Position numbers and translations under genes: made by a program
In this document: in pieces, positions 1 through 9,904 of the stretch
Position numbering within the stretch: the stretch's first letter is position 1
Layout: each line of letters opens with the position of its first letter
NCBI GenBank assembly: GCA_016217665.1
Contig: JACRHF010000025.1
Location: 1-41,847 of the forward strand
DNA from: Nitrospirota bacterium
GTDB lineage: Bacteria > Nitrospirota > 9FT-COMBO-42-15 > HDB-SIOI813
Direction: 5' to 3'
Length of the DNA stretch: 41,847 bases
Notes under the pieces: model-generated
The model's database searches: none
What the model was told of the DNA's origin: nothing
What the model saw: the letters and a program-made list of their open reading frames with translations, nothing else

Positions 1-1
1 A

Positions 2-490
2 CACCTTCTTTAGCTGGGACTCGATCTCTGTCAGCCCTGCAAATCCTCGAAATATATACCTTACAATACCTTCATTGCCAATTATGAAAAGCCACGGCTC
101 TCCAATTACGCCGTAACGCTTACCCAATGCCGCATCCTCTGGCTCAGGCCCCCAGAATTCAGCCGCCCGGTGCCGCTTTAATATGACAGCCACATCCTGT
201 TCATATCGAGACCCAATATCCATTATATTAAACCATACCTTCTCACAGTAACGACAATGGTCAGGATTGCCAAACATAAGGAGAATAACCTTCCCCTCTT
301 TATGAGCCCTTTTAAGATCCTCTGTTTCGAGAGGCGCCTTATCCCCTATCTTTACACCGGATTCACCCTCTGGCGCCCCTCTGATACCCGCCCAGGAAGA
401 GACAGGAAAAACCAGAGAGATACAGAGGCACAAAATAGAAACTATAAGATATAACAAAAAACTCTTCATTGGGCTTTGTCTTTCCACCAT
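2..490 (-). CDS. Exported thioredoxin-fold protein with CxxC (SoxW/thioredoxin-like), runs off the left window edge
   Basis: Not in the ORF track (no stop in window). Manual translation from ATG 490 (alternative ATG 469): MKSFLLYLIVSILCLCISLVFPVSSWA signal peptide, GDKAP, KVILLMFGNPDHCRYCEK (CxxC), RYGVIGEPWLFII (cis-Pro region). Confidence 0.75.
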   Translation of the reverse strand, partial: MVERQSPMKSFLLYLIVSILCLCISLVFPVSSWAGIRGAPEGESGVKIGDKAPLETEDLKRAHKEGKVILLMFGNPDHCRYCEKVWFNIMDIGSRYEQDVAVILKRHRAAEFWGPEPEDAALGKRYGVIGEPWLFIIGNEGIVRYIFRGFAGLTEIESQLKKV

Positions 491-549
491 GATTTCACCC
501 TTCTCTCTTCCAGAATATGTTTTATAACTACCCTTTAAAAGAGATTCAT

Positions 550-568
550 GATAATGAATTACATTATC
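550..568. promoter_or_regulatory. Fur-family (Fur/Zur/PerR) operator
   Basis: GATAATGAATTACATTATC matches the Fur consensus GATAATGATAATCATTATC at 15/19 positions and lies just downstream of a minus-strand sigma70-like promoter. Confidence 0.65.
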
Positions 569-576
569 ATAATGAT

Positions 577-605
577 AATTTAGTCTTTAACCCACAGGAT
601 GTCAA
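577..605 (-). promoter_or_regulatory. Sigma70-type promoter for the thioredoxin-like gene
   Basis: Minus strand TTGACA-17 nt-TAAATT. Confidence 0.55.
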
Positions 606-706
606 GGGATTCTTATAAAATTTTCCAGGATTCCGAACTCCGCATTCAAAAACAAGCTTTATCCCTTTATCTTTCGCCTGTTTTTCAAGTCATGAGGATC
701 ATTCTA

Positions 707-2012
707 TTAGTGGATGTGGTATCTGGTTATCTTTCTTTGAAGGGTCCTTCTGTCTATTCCGATGGCCCTGGCCGTGGCGCTGATATTCCCACCATGTGCT
801 TTGAGACTTTCAACAATATGTAGTTTCTCAATATCCTTCAATGAGGAGGCCTTTTCATGGCCTTTCCTGAGAGCAGACGGAAGGAAGGTAACTAAATGGC
901 CCTTTGTTATCATCGACTCCTTTGTCATGAGGATGACCCTCCCGAGGAGGTTAAATAGCTCTCTTACATTTCCAGGCCAGTGATAAAATAAAAATATCTC
1001 CATTGCACTTGAAGAAATTGTAACTGTCCTATCCTTAACTAATGGAGAGGTAGTAAGGAAGTGGTCCATCAGCAGAGGGATATCCTCTTTGCGCTCCCTT
1101 AAAGGCAGGATATTGACCCGGCAGACATTTAACCTGTAGTAAAGGTCATGACGAAATCTCCTCATCTTGACCTCTTCCTCTATGTCTTTGTTTATGGCGG
1201 CTACTATCCGAACATTAACCTTTACCTCTTTCGTGGAACCGAGGGGTCTGAACAAGCCCGTCTCTATAAACCTCAGGAGGCTGGCCTGAACCACAAGGTC
1301 CATATCAGCGATCTCATCTATAAAAAGGGTGCCACTATCGCATATCTTTAAAAGACCATCTTTGCAATTGGTTGCACCTGTAAAGGCGCCCTTTACATGA
1401 CCGAAGAGCTCGTTTTCGAGGAGATCTGGCTTGAGAGATGCACAGTTTATGGCTATAAATGGATTCTCCTTTCTGCAACTATCGAAATGGATTGCCCTCG
1501 CCACAAGCTCCTTGCCTGTGCCACTCTCCCCGCTTATTAATACAGGAAGGGATGTATCCTTTACTAATTGTACAGTATCTATAATATTCTGGATGATTTG
1601 ACTTTTTCCGACTATCCCATGATAGTGGTCAGGAACTCTCCTTAGATGTATATTCCTTTCGTCCTTGACCTCCTTCAGGATGGTCTCTAACTCAGCCATC
1701 TGACACGGCTTTGTGAGATAGTGATATGCCCCTAACTTAAGGGCCTTAACAGCAGTGGGTATGCTGCCGTAACCTGTAAGGACAATACCAACAATAGAGG
1801 GCTGAATATTTTTTAACCCCTCAATCACCTGTATGCCATCCATCTCCTGCATCTTTAAATCCACAATAAGCCACATCAAAGGATTTATCCTCCACGATAT
1901 TAATAGCATCCTTGCCGCCCTCTGCAGACCATACATCATAGCCCCTTCTTATCAACGCCCTCGACAGGTGCTTTCTAAAGGCATGGTCATCATCAACAAC
2001 AAGGACTCTCAT
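707..2012 (-). pseudogene. Sigma54-dependent (NtrC-family) response regulator, REC-AAA+-HTH, split by a +1 frameshift near 1868
   Basis: ORF 1821..2012 (MRVLVVDDD...KSFDVA) joins ORF 707..1939 (IVDLKMQEMDG...) if one T is removed from GCTTATT; Walker A GESGTGKE, GAFTGA, DEIADM, WPGNVREL and C-terminal HTH are intact. May be a sequencing error. Confidence 0.85.
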
Positions 2013-2053
2013 TTTTCGCTCCGCTCAATGTGCCCCCTTCGGGGCCCACTGCC

Positions 2054-3148
2054 TCATTCCTCTTCATCACTTACCGGAAGCAGGAGGGTGACCCTTGTCC
2101 CCCGGCCTGTACTGCTCTCCATCTTTATGTCCCCCTTAATATCTCTCATAATACCATAACTTACGAAAAGGCCCAACCCAGTCCCCTTTCCAACCGGTTT
2201 TGTGGTAAAAAACGGCTCAAAGACCTTTTTGAGATTCTCTTCAGGGACCCCCATACCATTATCTGAAATTGAAACCCTTATCCACTCCGAATCTAATCCT
2301 GTGGATATGTTGACACGCCCATCCTCCCTGTCTACAACAGCCTCAAGGGCATTTTTCAGTATATTAAAGATTACCTGTCTGAACCGCTCCGGGTCGGTTT
2401 TAATAATAGGGAGACCATTATCAAGGTCCCTGGATATTGTGACCTTTGATGATGAGCTCCCACCTTTGTCCACGAGCAGTATCGTCCTGGACACAAGTTC
2501 ATTGATGTCTGTATCCACCTTCCTCAAGATACCGCTCTTAGACACATTCAGAAGGTCCTCTATAATGATCTTGCACCGTCTTATTTCAGTATCCATATCA
2601 GTCAGGTATTCTATAAACCTCGCTACAGGGGTCTCACTCCCTTGAGATTCCACTATGATACTCTTCAGTTCATCTGCTATCACAGCTATGGTGCCAAGAG
2701 GAGTGTTCAGCTCATGGGCAACACCTGCTGCAAGCTGTCCAATGGCAGCCATCTTCTCTATCTGTGCCAGCAACTCTTCATTCTTTATCTTTTCAGAAGA
2801 CTTTTTGGTAACATCGAGGATTAGCTCCATTACCATAGAAATATCACCATTTTTTGCAGAGACAGGGATACCAATAATTTCAAAGGTTCGGGATAAGCCT
2901 TTGGAATTAATAAATAGCTCATACCGGCTTGAAATACCTGTGTCAATAGTCTTTCCGGTAGGGCATATAGGACAAAAGCTATCATTGAAATTCATTGTCC
3001 TGTAACATCTTCGCTTTTTCCCGATATCGAGGGGGCCAAACCACTCCACCACCTTTTTATTCATCCACTGGATGCGGTGATGCGGGTCTATTAAGAGTAC
3101 CCCTGCATTTAATCTTTCAATGATGTTATTTAACTTTTCCACTGTCAT
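2054..3148 (-). CDS. Cytoplasmic PAS-domain sensor histidine kinase (NtrB/HisKA-HATPase)
   Basis: H-box [12 protein letters not shown]-box [29 protein letters not shown]; N-terminal PAS-like region with CY-x10-CPICP; no TM helix. Confidence 0.92.
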   Translation of the reverse strand: MTVEKLNNIIERLNAGVLLIDPHHRIQWMNKKVVEWFGPLDIGKKRRCYRTMNFNDSFCPICPTGKTIDTGISSRYELFINSKGLSRTFEIIGIPVSAKNGDISMVMELILDVTKKSSEKIKNEELLAQIEKMAAIGQLAAGVAHELNTPLGTIAVIADELKSIIVESQGSETPVARFIEYLTDMDTEIRRCKIIIEDLLNVSKSGILRKVDTDINELVSRTILLVDKGGSSSSKVTISRDLDNGLPIIKTDPERFRQVIFNILKNALEAVVDREDGRVNISTGLDSEWIRVSISDNGMGVPEENLKKVFEPFFTTKPVGKGTGLGLFVSYGIMRDIKGDIKMESSTGRGTRVTLLLPVSDEEE

Positions 3149-3329
3149 TCATAAATAATAAATAGGTCGTCCTCTAAGCTGCACCTTAACAATAGACCAC
3201 CATCTGAAAAAAATCAATAGATTCTCTAATTTCTGGCCATAAGAATTTATCTGATGTCTTCATTTCATATGCTCCTGATGCATTTTAGGATATTCCTGTG
3301 TTAAAATAAAAATAATAATGTTGAGGGAA

Positions 3330-4361
3330 TTACAGCTCTTTGCGGATGGTGATGACGCTGTTGGCGGTGCCGATGTATTGCGGCAAGCTGGTTGCACTGA
3401 CGGGCTGGATCATGATGCCCAGTTCCGGCCAGGGTGCCCGGCCTCTCAAGACGATCAGATAACTGCCCCCGGCTTGAGTAAGCGCCTTCTTGCCGGTCTT
3501 AGATTCATAGAAGGCTACCACCTTGGCCACCGGGTCATTGGTGAGATAGACATAGTACTTCTCCTTCTCCTGGCTCATTCCAGTCGACATTTGCGCGTCG
3601 TAGCGTGCACCGGCATAGAGGGACACCCCCAAGTCCTTCTCGCTGGGCGACTTGAGAGACGGTTTCTCAGCAACCTCCGGCGCAGGCTCCTCAGACGGCC
3701 ATGGCTCTTCCTTTTCAGCGGAAGCCTCTTCTTCCATTTCCTCCGTTGTTGTCCCGTAAGCTATGACGCAAGGGGTGAGAAACGTTAGATGGCCCGCCGG
3801 GCCCTGGAGCAACGTCCCTGTGCTCACATCTTCTATTTCCAAGGTGCCCATTTTCACGTTTCCCTTCGCGTCTGCCTGTGCCCAATGGAATTCGGCAAGG
3901 TCGATCCATTGATTGGGATGGTAGGGAGGCCGTTTCGGAAGGCCTTCTTTGACGTTATTCTCATAGAGCTCGCGCAGCCAAAAGCCTACAGTGAAGAAGA
4001 CCGGTGTGCTCTGGCCCGGGCGCAACCGCTCGAGCGCGGCATCAAATTCCGGGGCTTGCATTTCCAGCTCCCCATGGGAGCCACGAGTATTAGGTGCCTC
4101 GCGCGCCTGCCAGCGCTGCGCGTAGAACTTGACCACATCTTCAATCGGTTTTCGTGCTGTGTACTTCGAGCACTCTTCGGGGCCTGATCTTTCAATCCTC
4201 ACGCCTGATTCTTCAACCCACTCAGCCCCGGAGATAAGCGGGATTTCGGCCAAGGTTTTAGGCGTCTGAGACTGAGCCTGGATGGTAAAGACGAAGGTAC
4301 AGACAGCGGCGCAGAGCGCAACGAAAAATAGCGTCTGACACCTGTAGCTCATGGATTCCAC
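3330..4361 (-). CDS. Exported hypothetical protein with an internally duplicated domain and acidic linker
   Basis: 343-aa ORF with signal peptide (…TIQAQS); repeated motifs IPLISGA…PIEDVVKFY and VSLYAGA…PVAKVVAFY separated by an E/P-rich linker. Confidence 0.75.
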   Translation of the reverse strand: MESMSYRCQTLFFVALCAAVCTFVFTIQAQSQTPKTLAEIPLISGAEWVEESGVRIERSGPEECSKYTARKPIEDVVKFYAQRWQAREAPNTRGSHGELEMQAPEFDAALERLRPGQSTPVFFTVGFWLRELYENNVKEGLPKRPPYHPNQWIDLAEFHWAQADAKGNVKMGTLEIEDVSTGTLLQGPAGHLTFLTPCVIAYGTTTEEMEEEASAEKEEPWPSEEPAPEVAEKPSLKSPSEKDLGVSLYAGARYDAQMSTGMSQEKEKYYVYLTNDPVAKVVAFYESKTGKKALTQAGGSYLIVLRGRAPWPELGIMIQPVSATSLPQYIGTANSVITIRKEL

Positions 4362-4639
4362 CTCCGTGAATGGCTTCTATACCACATAGGAAAATCAAAA
4401 TTTCAGTTTGAATAATAGACCTCACAACTAGTGGCCGTCAAGGAATTATTAAGGGTCTTTCGAGGGTTGTCAGTGGGGGCTATGGGTAAAATTTTCCTAT
4501 TTTGAACCACCGTGTCAGTTTTTCCACCGGCAAAGGGAGTAAACACCCTGTTTTTGGGCACACTGGCCGGGCAGTTGATAAAGACGCTGAATCTGCTTAC
4601 TTCTGCTTATCCTGCATCTACTCGACGTGCGTAGTGTGC

Positions 4640-4667
4640 AAATTCCTAGTGCGAAATTCCTAGTGCG
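4640..4667. repeat. 14-bp tandem duplication
   Basis: AAATTCCTAGTGCG x2 at the left border of the nif island. Confidence 0.8.
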
Positions 4668-4676
4668 GATATCACT

Positions 4677-4715
4677 GCCGAAGGTCTGAATGGCCACAAT
4701 CATCCCCGGAACAGC
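4677..4715 (-). pseudogene. Tiny remnant resembling an IS91-family (Y2) transposase
   Basis: Translates AVPGMIVAIQTFG, like the segment preceding the HUH motif of IS91-like transposases; only 13 codons. Confidence 0.4.
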
Positions 4716-4739
4716 AGTATTATCTTCTATGACGCCTGC

Positions 4740-4853
4740 TTCATCTCTTTGCTCCTCTTCAGTCTCAACCGCCTCGATATATTTGGCCATGGACCAATCT
4801 CCCCCATACTCATCCTGTGTTCATCTGAACCCTGCATATTTCTCAACGACCTT
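4740..4853 (-). pseudogene. Fragment of a TM0106-family RecB-like/RNase H-like nuclease C-terminus (left copy)
   Basis: KVVEKYAGFR*TQDEYGGDWSMAKYIEAVETEE with an in-frame TGA. Confidence 0.55.
4755..4815 (+). repeat. Left direct repeat (61 bp) of the nif island
   Basis: CTCTTCAGTCTCAACCGCCTCGATATATTTGGCCATGGACCAATCTCCCCCATACTCATCC; matches 21216..21275 with 2 substitutions and 1 indel. Confidence 0.95.
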
Positions 4854-5069
4854 CATCTCGCGGACACCGTGGATATGGATGGGGACCGGGGAGAGGTTGA
4901 AGGCCGGAGAGGCGAAATAGGGAGTGGAGACCCCGATCAGATTGGTGCAGAACAGATGGTCATGTCCCATGGCGATGATCTCGGGAGCATGATACGGTAT
5001 GTTACGGCGGTCTTCAAGAGACCGATCGGCCGAGATCTTTTTTCCGAGATCACATGCGGCACACATTAT

Positions 5070-5085
5070 TGTAGCAAACGACACA
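5070..5085. promoter_or_regulatory. NifA-type upstream activator sequence TGT-N10-ACA
   Basis: TGTAGCAAACGACACA about 110 bp upstream of the -24 element. Confidence 0.7.
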
Positions 5086-5192
5086 AATATGTTGTCATCT
5101 TGAGCATGAATGGATGTGGGATAGGGGTACCGTTCCGGACAAATGGTATGTAACACATTGAAAACATGCGGTTTATTCTGCCATCTTCCGAC

Positions 5193-5209
5193 TTGGCACA
5201 CCTTGTGCG
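5193..5209 (+). promoter_or_regulatory. Sigma54 (-24/-12) promoter of the nif operon
   Basis: TTGGCACACCTTGTGCG: GG(5195-6)-N10-GC(5207-8), TGGCAC core intact. Confidence 0.8.
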
Positions 5210-5259
5210 ATATAGAAATATACGTCGCAAGACGATTCCCAAAAGGAGGTGGTCCCGGG

Positions 5260-5457
5260 ATGGCTACCCCCGAGAGTATTTCCGATGCCATTATCGATCT
5301 GATGGAGAAGCAGGGACAGTTGACCCTGACCGAGGTGGAGACGCACCTGGGGGTCTCTTACAACCTCGTAATTCTCGACATCGACCGGATGGTGGAAAGG
5401 CATCTCCTAACTCTCGAGCGGCAGGGGACGGATTATGTCCTCTCCCGGGCGGCATAA
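5260..5457 (+). CDS. Small winged-helix-like protein (65 aa), first gene of the nif transcript
   Basis: Strong RBS AAAGGAGGT before ATG 5260; IIDLMEKQGQLTLTEVETHLGVSYNLV…IDRMVERHLLTLER has a wHTH pattern. Confidence 0.7.
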   Translation: MATPESISDAIIDLMEKQGQLTLTEVETHLGVSYNLVILDIDRMVERHLLTLERQGTDYVLSRAA

Positions 5458-5458
5458 G

Positions 5459-5659
5459 ATGTGTGTATCGATGGTCTGCATGGATTGTAAAGTCAAGGTG
5501 GAACTGGACAGAAAAGGCAGCGCCGGCATCTGCGACGAGCGGATCATCAGCGAGATCGTGGAGAGTATTGGCCAGGTCCATCATGGTTCGGTGGAGATCA
5601 AGATCCAGGATTCCAGGGTGGTCCAGATCGACACGCTGGAGAAGCGGCGGTTGAAGTAG
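5459..5659 (+). CDS. YezD/DUF2292 (OscA-like) small protein
   Basis: EIVESIGQVHHGSVEIKIQDSRVVQIDTLEKRRL is the DUF2292 signature; start codon uncertain. Confidence 0.8.
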   Translation: MCVSMVCMDCKVKVELDRKGSAGICDERIISEIVESIGQVHHGSVEIKIQDSRVVQIDTLEKRRLK

Positions 5660-5670
5660 CGATGGAATAA

Positions 5671-6684
<1,014 letters not shown>

Positions 6685-6719
6685 GGAGTTCATTGGCAGG
6701 CGGACAACAACAAGAGACT

Positions 6720-6760
6720 CACGACCATTGCATTGGCCTTCGGCCGCAATGGGTACCCCG
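6720..6760. repeat. Hairpin repeat in the nifH-nifD spacer, homologous to 38245..38285
   Basis: CACGACCATTGCATTGGCCTTCGGCCGCAATGGGTACCCCG vs CACGACCCGTTGCAATTGCCTTCGGCGCAACGGGTGCCCCG. Confidence 0.7.
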
Positions 6761-6801
6761 GCAATGGGTCATGGGGAGGGAAGTGAGGAAGGGGAGCAGA
6801 A

Positions 6802-8268
6802 ATGGGCTTAGAGACCATCGAGGAACGGAAACAACTCGTTGAAGAAGTGTTATCGGTTTATCCGGAAAAGACCAAAAAGAAACGGGCCAAACACTTGGGG
6901 GTTTTCGATGAATCCCAGATCCAAAAAGGGGAATGTTCGGTCAAGTCCAACATCAAATCGATCCCGGGGGTCATGACCATCCGCGGCTGCGCCTATGCCG
7001 GATCAAAAGGGGTGGTCTGGGGACCCATCAAGGACATGATCCACATCAGCCACGGCCCGGTCGGGTGCGGCCAGTACTCCTGGGCCTCCCGGCGAAATTA
7101 CTACATCGGGATGACGGGGGTGGATACCTTCGTCACGATGCAGTTCACCTCGGATTTCCAAGAGCGGGACATCGTCTTCGGCGGGGACAAGAAGCTGGAG
7201 AAAATCATCGACGAGATCCAGCAGCTCTTCCCCCTGAACAAAGGGATCACGATCCAGTCGGAGTGCCCCATCGGCCTGATCGGGGACGACATCGAGGCCG
7301 TGTCCAAGAAAAAGTCCAAGGAATATAACGGGAAGACGATCGTCCCGGTCCGGTGCGAGGGATTCCGAGGGGTTTCCCAGTCCCTGGGGCACCATATCGC
7401 CAACGATACGATCCGGGATTGGGTCTTCCCGCAGGCCGATCAGCGTGAATTTCAGGGGACCCCTTACGACGTCGCCATCATCGGCGACTACAACATCGGC
7501 GGGGACGCCTGGTCCTCCCGGATCCTTCTGGAGGAGATGGGGCTTCGGGTGGTGGCCCAATGGTCCGGAGATGGGACGCTGAGCGAGCTGATGAACACCC
7601 CGAAGGTGAAGCTCAATATCCTCCATTGCTACCGGTCGATGAACTATATCTCCCGCCACATGGAGGAAAAGTACGGCATCCCCTGGGTGGAATACAACTT
7701 CTTCGGTCCCACCAAGATCGAAGAGTCGCTGCGCAGAATCGCTTCCCACTTCGACGACAGGATCAAGGAAGGGGCGGAGAAGGTCATCGCCAAATACCGC
7801 CCCATGGCGGACCGGGTGATCGAAAGGTACCGACCGCGCCTGGAAGGGAAGACGGTCATGCTCTTCGTCGGCGGCCTCCGCCCGCGCCACGTCATCGGGG
7901 CCTACGAAGACCTCGGCATGAACGTGATCGGAACCGGCTACGAGTTCGGCCACAACGACGACTACCAGCGGACTGCACACTACGTGAAGGAAGGGACCGT
8001 GATCTACGACGACGTCACCGGTTACGAGTTCGAGAAGTTCGTCGAGAAGATGCAGCCCGATCTGGTGGGTTCCGGGATCAAGGAGAAATATGTCTTCCAG
8101 AAGATGGGGGTCCCCTTCCGGCAGATGCACTCGTGGGATTATTCGGGACCTTATCACGGGTACGACGGGTTCGCCGTCTTCGCCAGGGACATGGACATGG
8201 CGATCAACAACCCGGTCTGGAAGATGGCGAAGGCACCGTGGAGGGAAGGGAAAACCGGAATGGAGTAG
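6802..8268 (+). CDS. nifD: Nitrogenase MoFe protein alpha chain (group I length)
   Basis: [24 protein letters not shown], FeMoco ligands in LHCYRSMNY and FRQMHSWDY; 488 aa with no group II insertion. Confidence 0.99.
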   Translation: MGLETIEERKQLVEEVLSVYPEKTKKKRAKHLGVFDESQIQKGECSVKSNIKSIPGVMTIRGCAYAGSKGVVWGPIKDMIHISHGPVGCGQYSWASRRNYYIGMTGVDTFVTMQFTSDFQERDIVFGGDKKLEKIIDEIQQLFPLNKGITIQSECPIGLIGDDIEAVSKKKSKEYNGKTIVPVRCEGFRGVSQSLGHHIANDTIRDWVFPQADQREFQGTPYDVAIIGDYNIGGDAWSSRILLEEMGLRVVAQWSGDGTLSELMNTPKVKLNILHCYRSMNYISRHMEEKYGIPWVEYNFFGPTKIEESLRRIASHFDDRIKEGAEKVIAKYRPMADRVIERYRPRLEGKTVMLFVGGLRPRHVIGAYEDLGMNVIGTGYEFGHNDDYQRTAHYVKEGTVIYDDVTGYEFEKFVEKMQPDLVGSGIKEKYVFQKMGVPFRQMHSWDYSGPYHGYDGFAVFARDMDMAINNPVWKMAKAPWREGKTGME

Positions 8269-8290
8269 GTTGGGCGAAGCGAAGCCCAAC
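8265..8290 (+). repeat. GTAG-type REP-like palindrome at the nifD stop
   Basis: GTAG-GTTGGGC-GAAGCGAA-GCCCAAC. Confidence 0.65.
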
Positions 8291-8324
8291 AATATGAAAT
8301 TGTGACGAATCAAACGGGGAGAAC

Positions 8325-9863
8325 ATGAACCAAAACGCAGATCAGATCCTGGATCACGCCAACCTGTTCCGGGAACCGGAATATCTTGAGATGTTCGAGA
8401 AGAAACGGAAGGAATTCGAAAACCCCTGCGACTCGGACGAGATCGAGAAGATCCGGGAATGGACAAAGACCCCTGAATACCGGGAACTGAACTTTCAGCG
8501 GGAGGCCCTCACCGTCAACCCGGCCAAGGCCTGCCAGCCGCTTGGCGCCGTCTTCTGCGCCGTGGGATTCGAGGGGACCCTCCCCTTCGTTCACGGGTCT
8601 CAGGGGTGCGTGGCCTATTACCGGAGCCATCTCAGCCGCCACTTCAAGGAACCCTGCTCCTGCGTCTCTTCTTCAATGACGGAAGACGCGGCGGTGTTCG
8701 GGGGACTCAACAACATGATCGACGGCCTGGCCAACGCCTATGCGCTGTACAAGCCCAAGATGATCCATGTCTCCACCACCTGCATGGCCGAGGTGATCGG
8801 CGATGACCTCAACACCTTTATCAAGAATGCCAAGGCCAAGGGGTCCGTCCCGGAGGAATACGACGTCCCCTTCGCCCACACCCCGGCCTTCGTGGGGTCC
8901 CACATAGTAGGTTATGACAATGCGCTCAAAAGCATCCTCAGTCATTTCTGGGAAGGGAAAGAACGACAGCCGGGAGAGAAAATCAACTTGATCATGGGAT
9001 TCGACGGTTACACCGTGGGGAACATCCGGGAACTGAAGCGGATGCTGAACCTGATGAGTGTAAGCTATACGGTTCTATCGGATAACAGTGATATCTTCGA
9101 TACCCCCACGGACGGACAGTTCCGGATGTATGACGGCGGAACGACGCTTGAGGAGACGAAGAACGCCCTCCATGCAAAGGCCACGATTTCGATGCAGGAG
9201 TTCTGTACGGAAAAGACGCTGGAGTATGCGGCCTCCAAGGGTCAGGAGACGGTGGCCTTAAACCATCCTATCGGAGTTGCCGGAACCGATGAGTTTTTGA
9301 TAGAGGTTTCCCGAATTACAGGAAAGCCGATACCGCAGGAATTAGAAAAGGAGCGGGGCCGGCTGGTGGATGCCATCGCTGACTCTTCGGCCTACCTGCA
9401 CGGGAAGAGGTTCGCTCTTTACGGTGATCCGGACCTGACGCTCGGCCTGACGGCCTTCTTGCTGGAGCTGGGGGCCGAACCGGTCCATTCCCTGGCCACC
9501 AACGGCGGTAAGGAGTGGGAAGCAAAGGTCCAGGCGCTGTTCGACGCTTCTCCCTTTGGAAAGAACGGTCATGTTTATCCGGGGAAAGATCTATGGCATA
9601 TGCGCAGCCTCCTCTTCACGGAGCCGGTCGATTTTCTGATCGGGAATACCTACGGGAAATATCTGGAGCGGGACACGGGGACGCCGCTGATCCGGATCGG
9701 CTTTCCGATCTTCGACCGGCATCACCATCATCGCTATCCCATCATTGGCTATCAGGGGGCGATGAATGTCCTGGTCCGGATCCTGGACAAAGTGTTCGAA
9801 GAGTTGGACCGGAAAAGCAACGTGCCATCCAAGACGGATTACAGTTTTGACATTATTCGGTAA
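8325..9863 (+). CDS. nifK: Nitrogenase MoFe protein beta chain
   Basis: [31 protein letters not shown], long group I N-terminus, FDIIR C-terminus. Confidence 0.99.
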   Translation: MNQNADQILDHANLFREPEYLEMFEKKRKEFENPCDSDEIEKIREWTKTPEYRELNFQREALTVNPAKACQPLGAVFCAVGFEGTLPFVHGSQGCVAYYRSHLSRHFKEPCSCVSSSMTEDAAVFGGLNNMIDGLANAYALYKPKMIHVSTTCMAEVIGDDLNTFIKNAKAKGSVPEEYDVPFAHTPAFVGSHIVGYDNALKSILSHFWEGKERQPGEKINLIMGFDGYTVGNIRELKRMLNLMSVSYTVLSDNSDIFDTPTDGQFRMYDGGTTLEETKNALHAKATISMQEFCTEKTLEYAASKGQETVALNHPIGVAGTDEFLIEVSRITGKPIPQELEKERGRLVDAIADSSAYLHGKRFALYGDPDLTLGLTAFLLELGAEPVHSLATNGGKEWEAKVQALFDASPFGKNGHVYPGKDLWHMRSLLFTEPVDFLIGNTYGKYLERDTGTPLIRIGFPIFDRHHHHRYPIIGYQGAMNVLVRILDKVFEELDRKSNVPSKTDYSFDIIR

Positions 9864-9865
9864 TG

Positions 9866-9892
9866 GTAGGGGCGGTTCACCAACACCTCTAC
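9866..9892 (+). repeat. Degenerate GTAG-type REP-like palindrome between nifK and nifE
   Basis: GTAGGGGCGGTTCACCAACACCTCTAC. Confidence 0.55.
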
Positions 9893-9904
9893 GGAGGGCA
9901 AACA

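Noticed and set aside
4515-4790. 91-aa ORF MAKYIEAVETEE…
   Set aside because: A chimera of nuclease and transposase fragments plus a tandem repeat, not a coherent gene.
4821-5291. 156-aa minus-strand ORF
   Set aside because: Overlaps the nif promoter, UAS and first gene; no recognisable family apart from the last codons, which belong to the nuclease fragment.
8900-9350. Apparently AT-richer codon patch inside nifK suggesting recombination
   Set aside because: A visual impression only; it cannot be supported without computing GC3 and the protein is uninterrupted.
6802-9863. Alternative (V/Fe) nitrogenase or Nif-like paralogue
   Set aside because: No vnfG/anfG between D and K; ligand motifs and nifENX context are those of Mo-nitrogenase.
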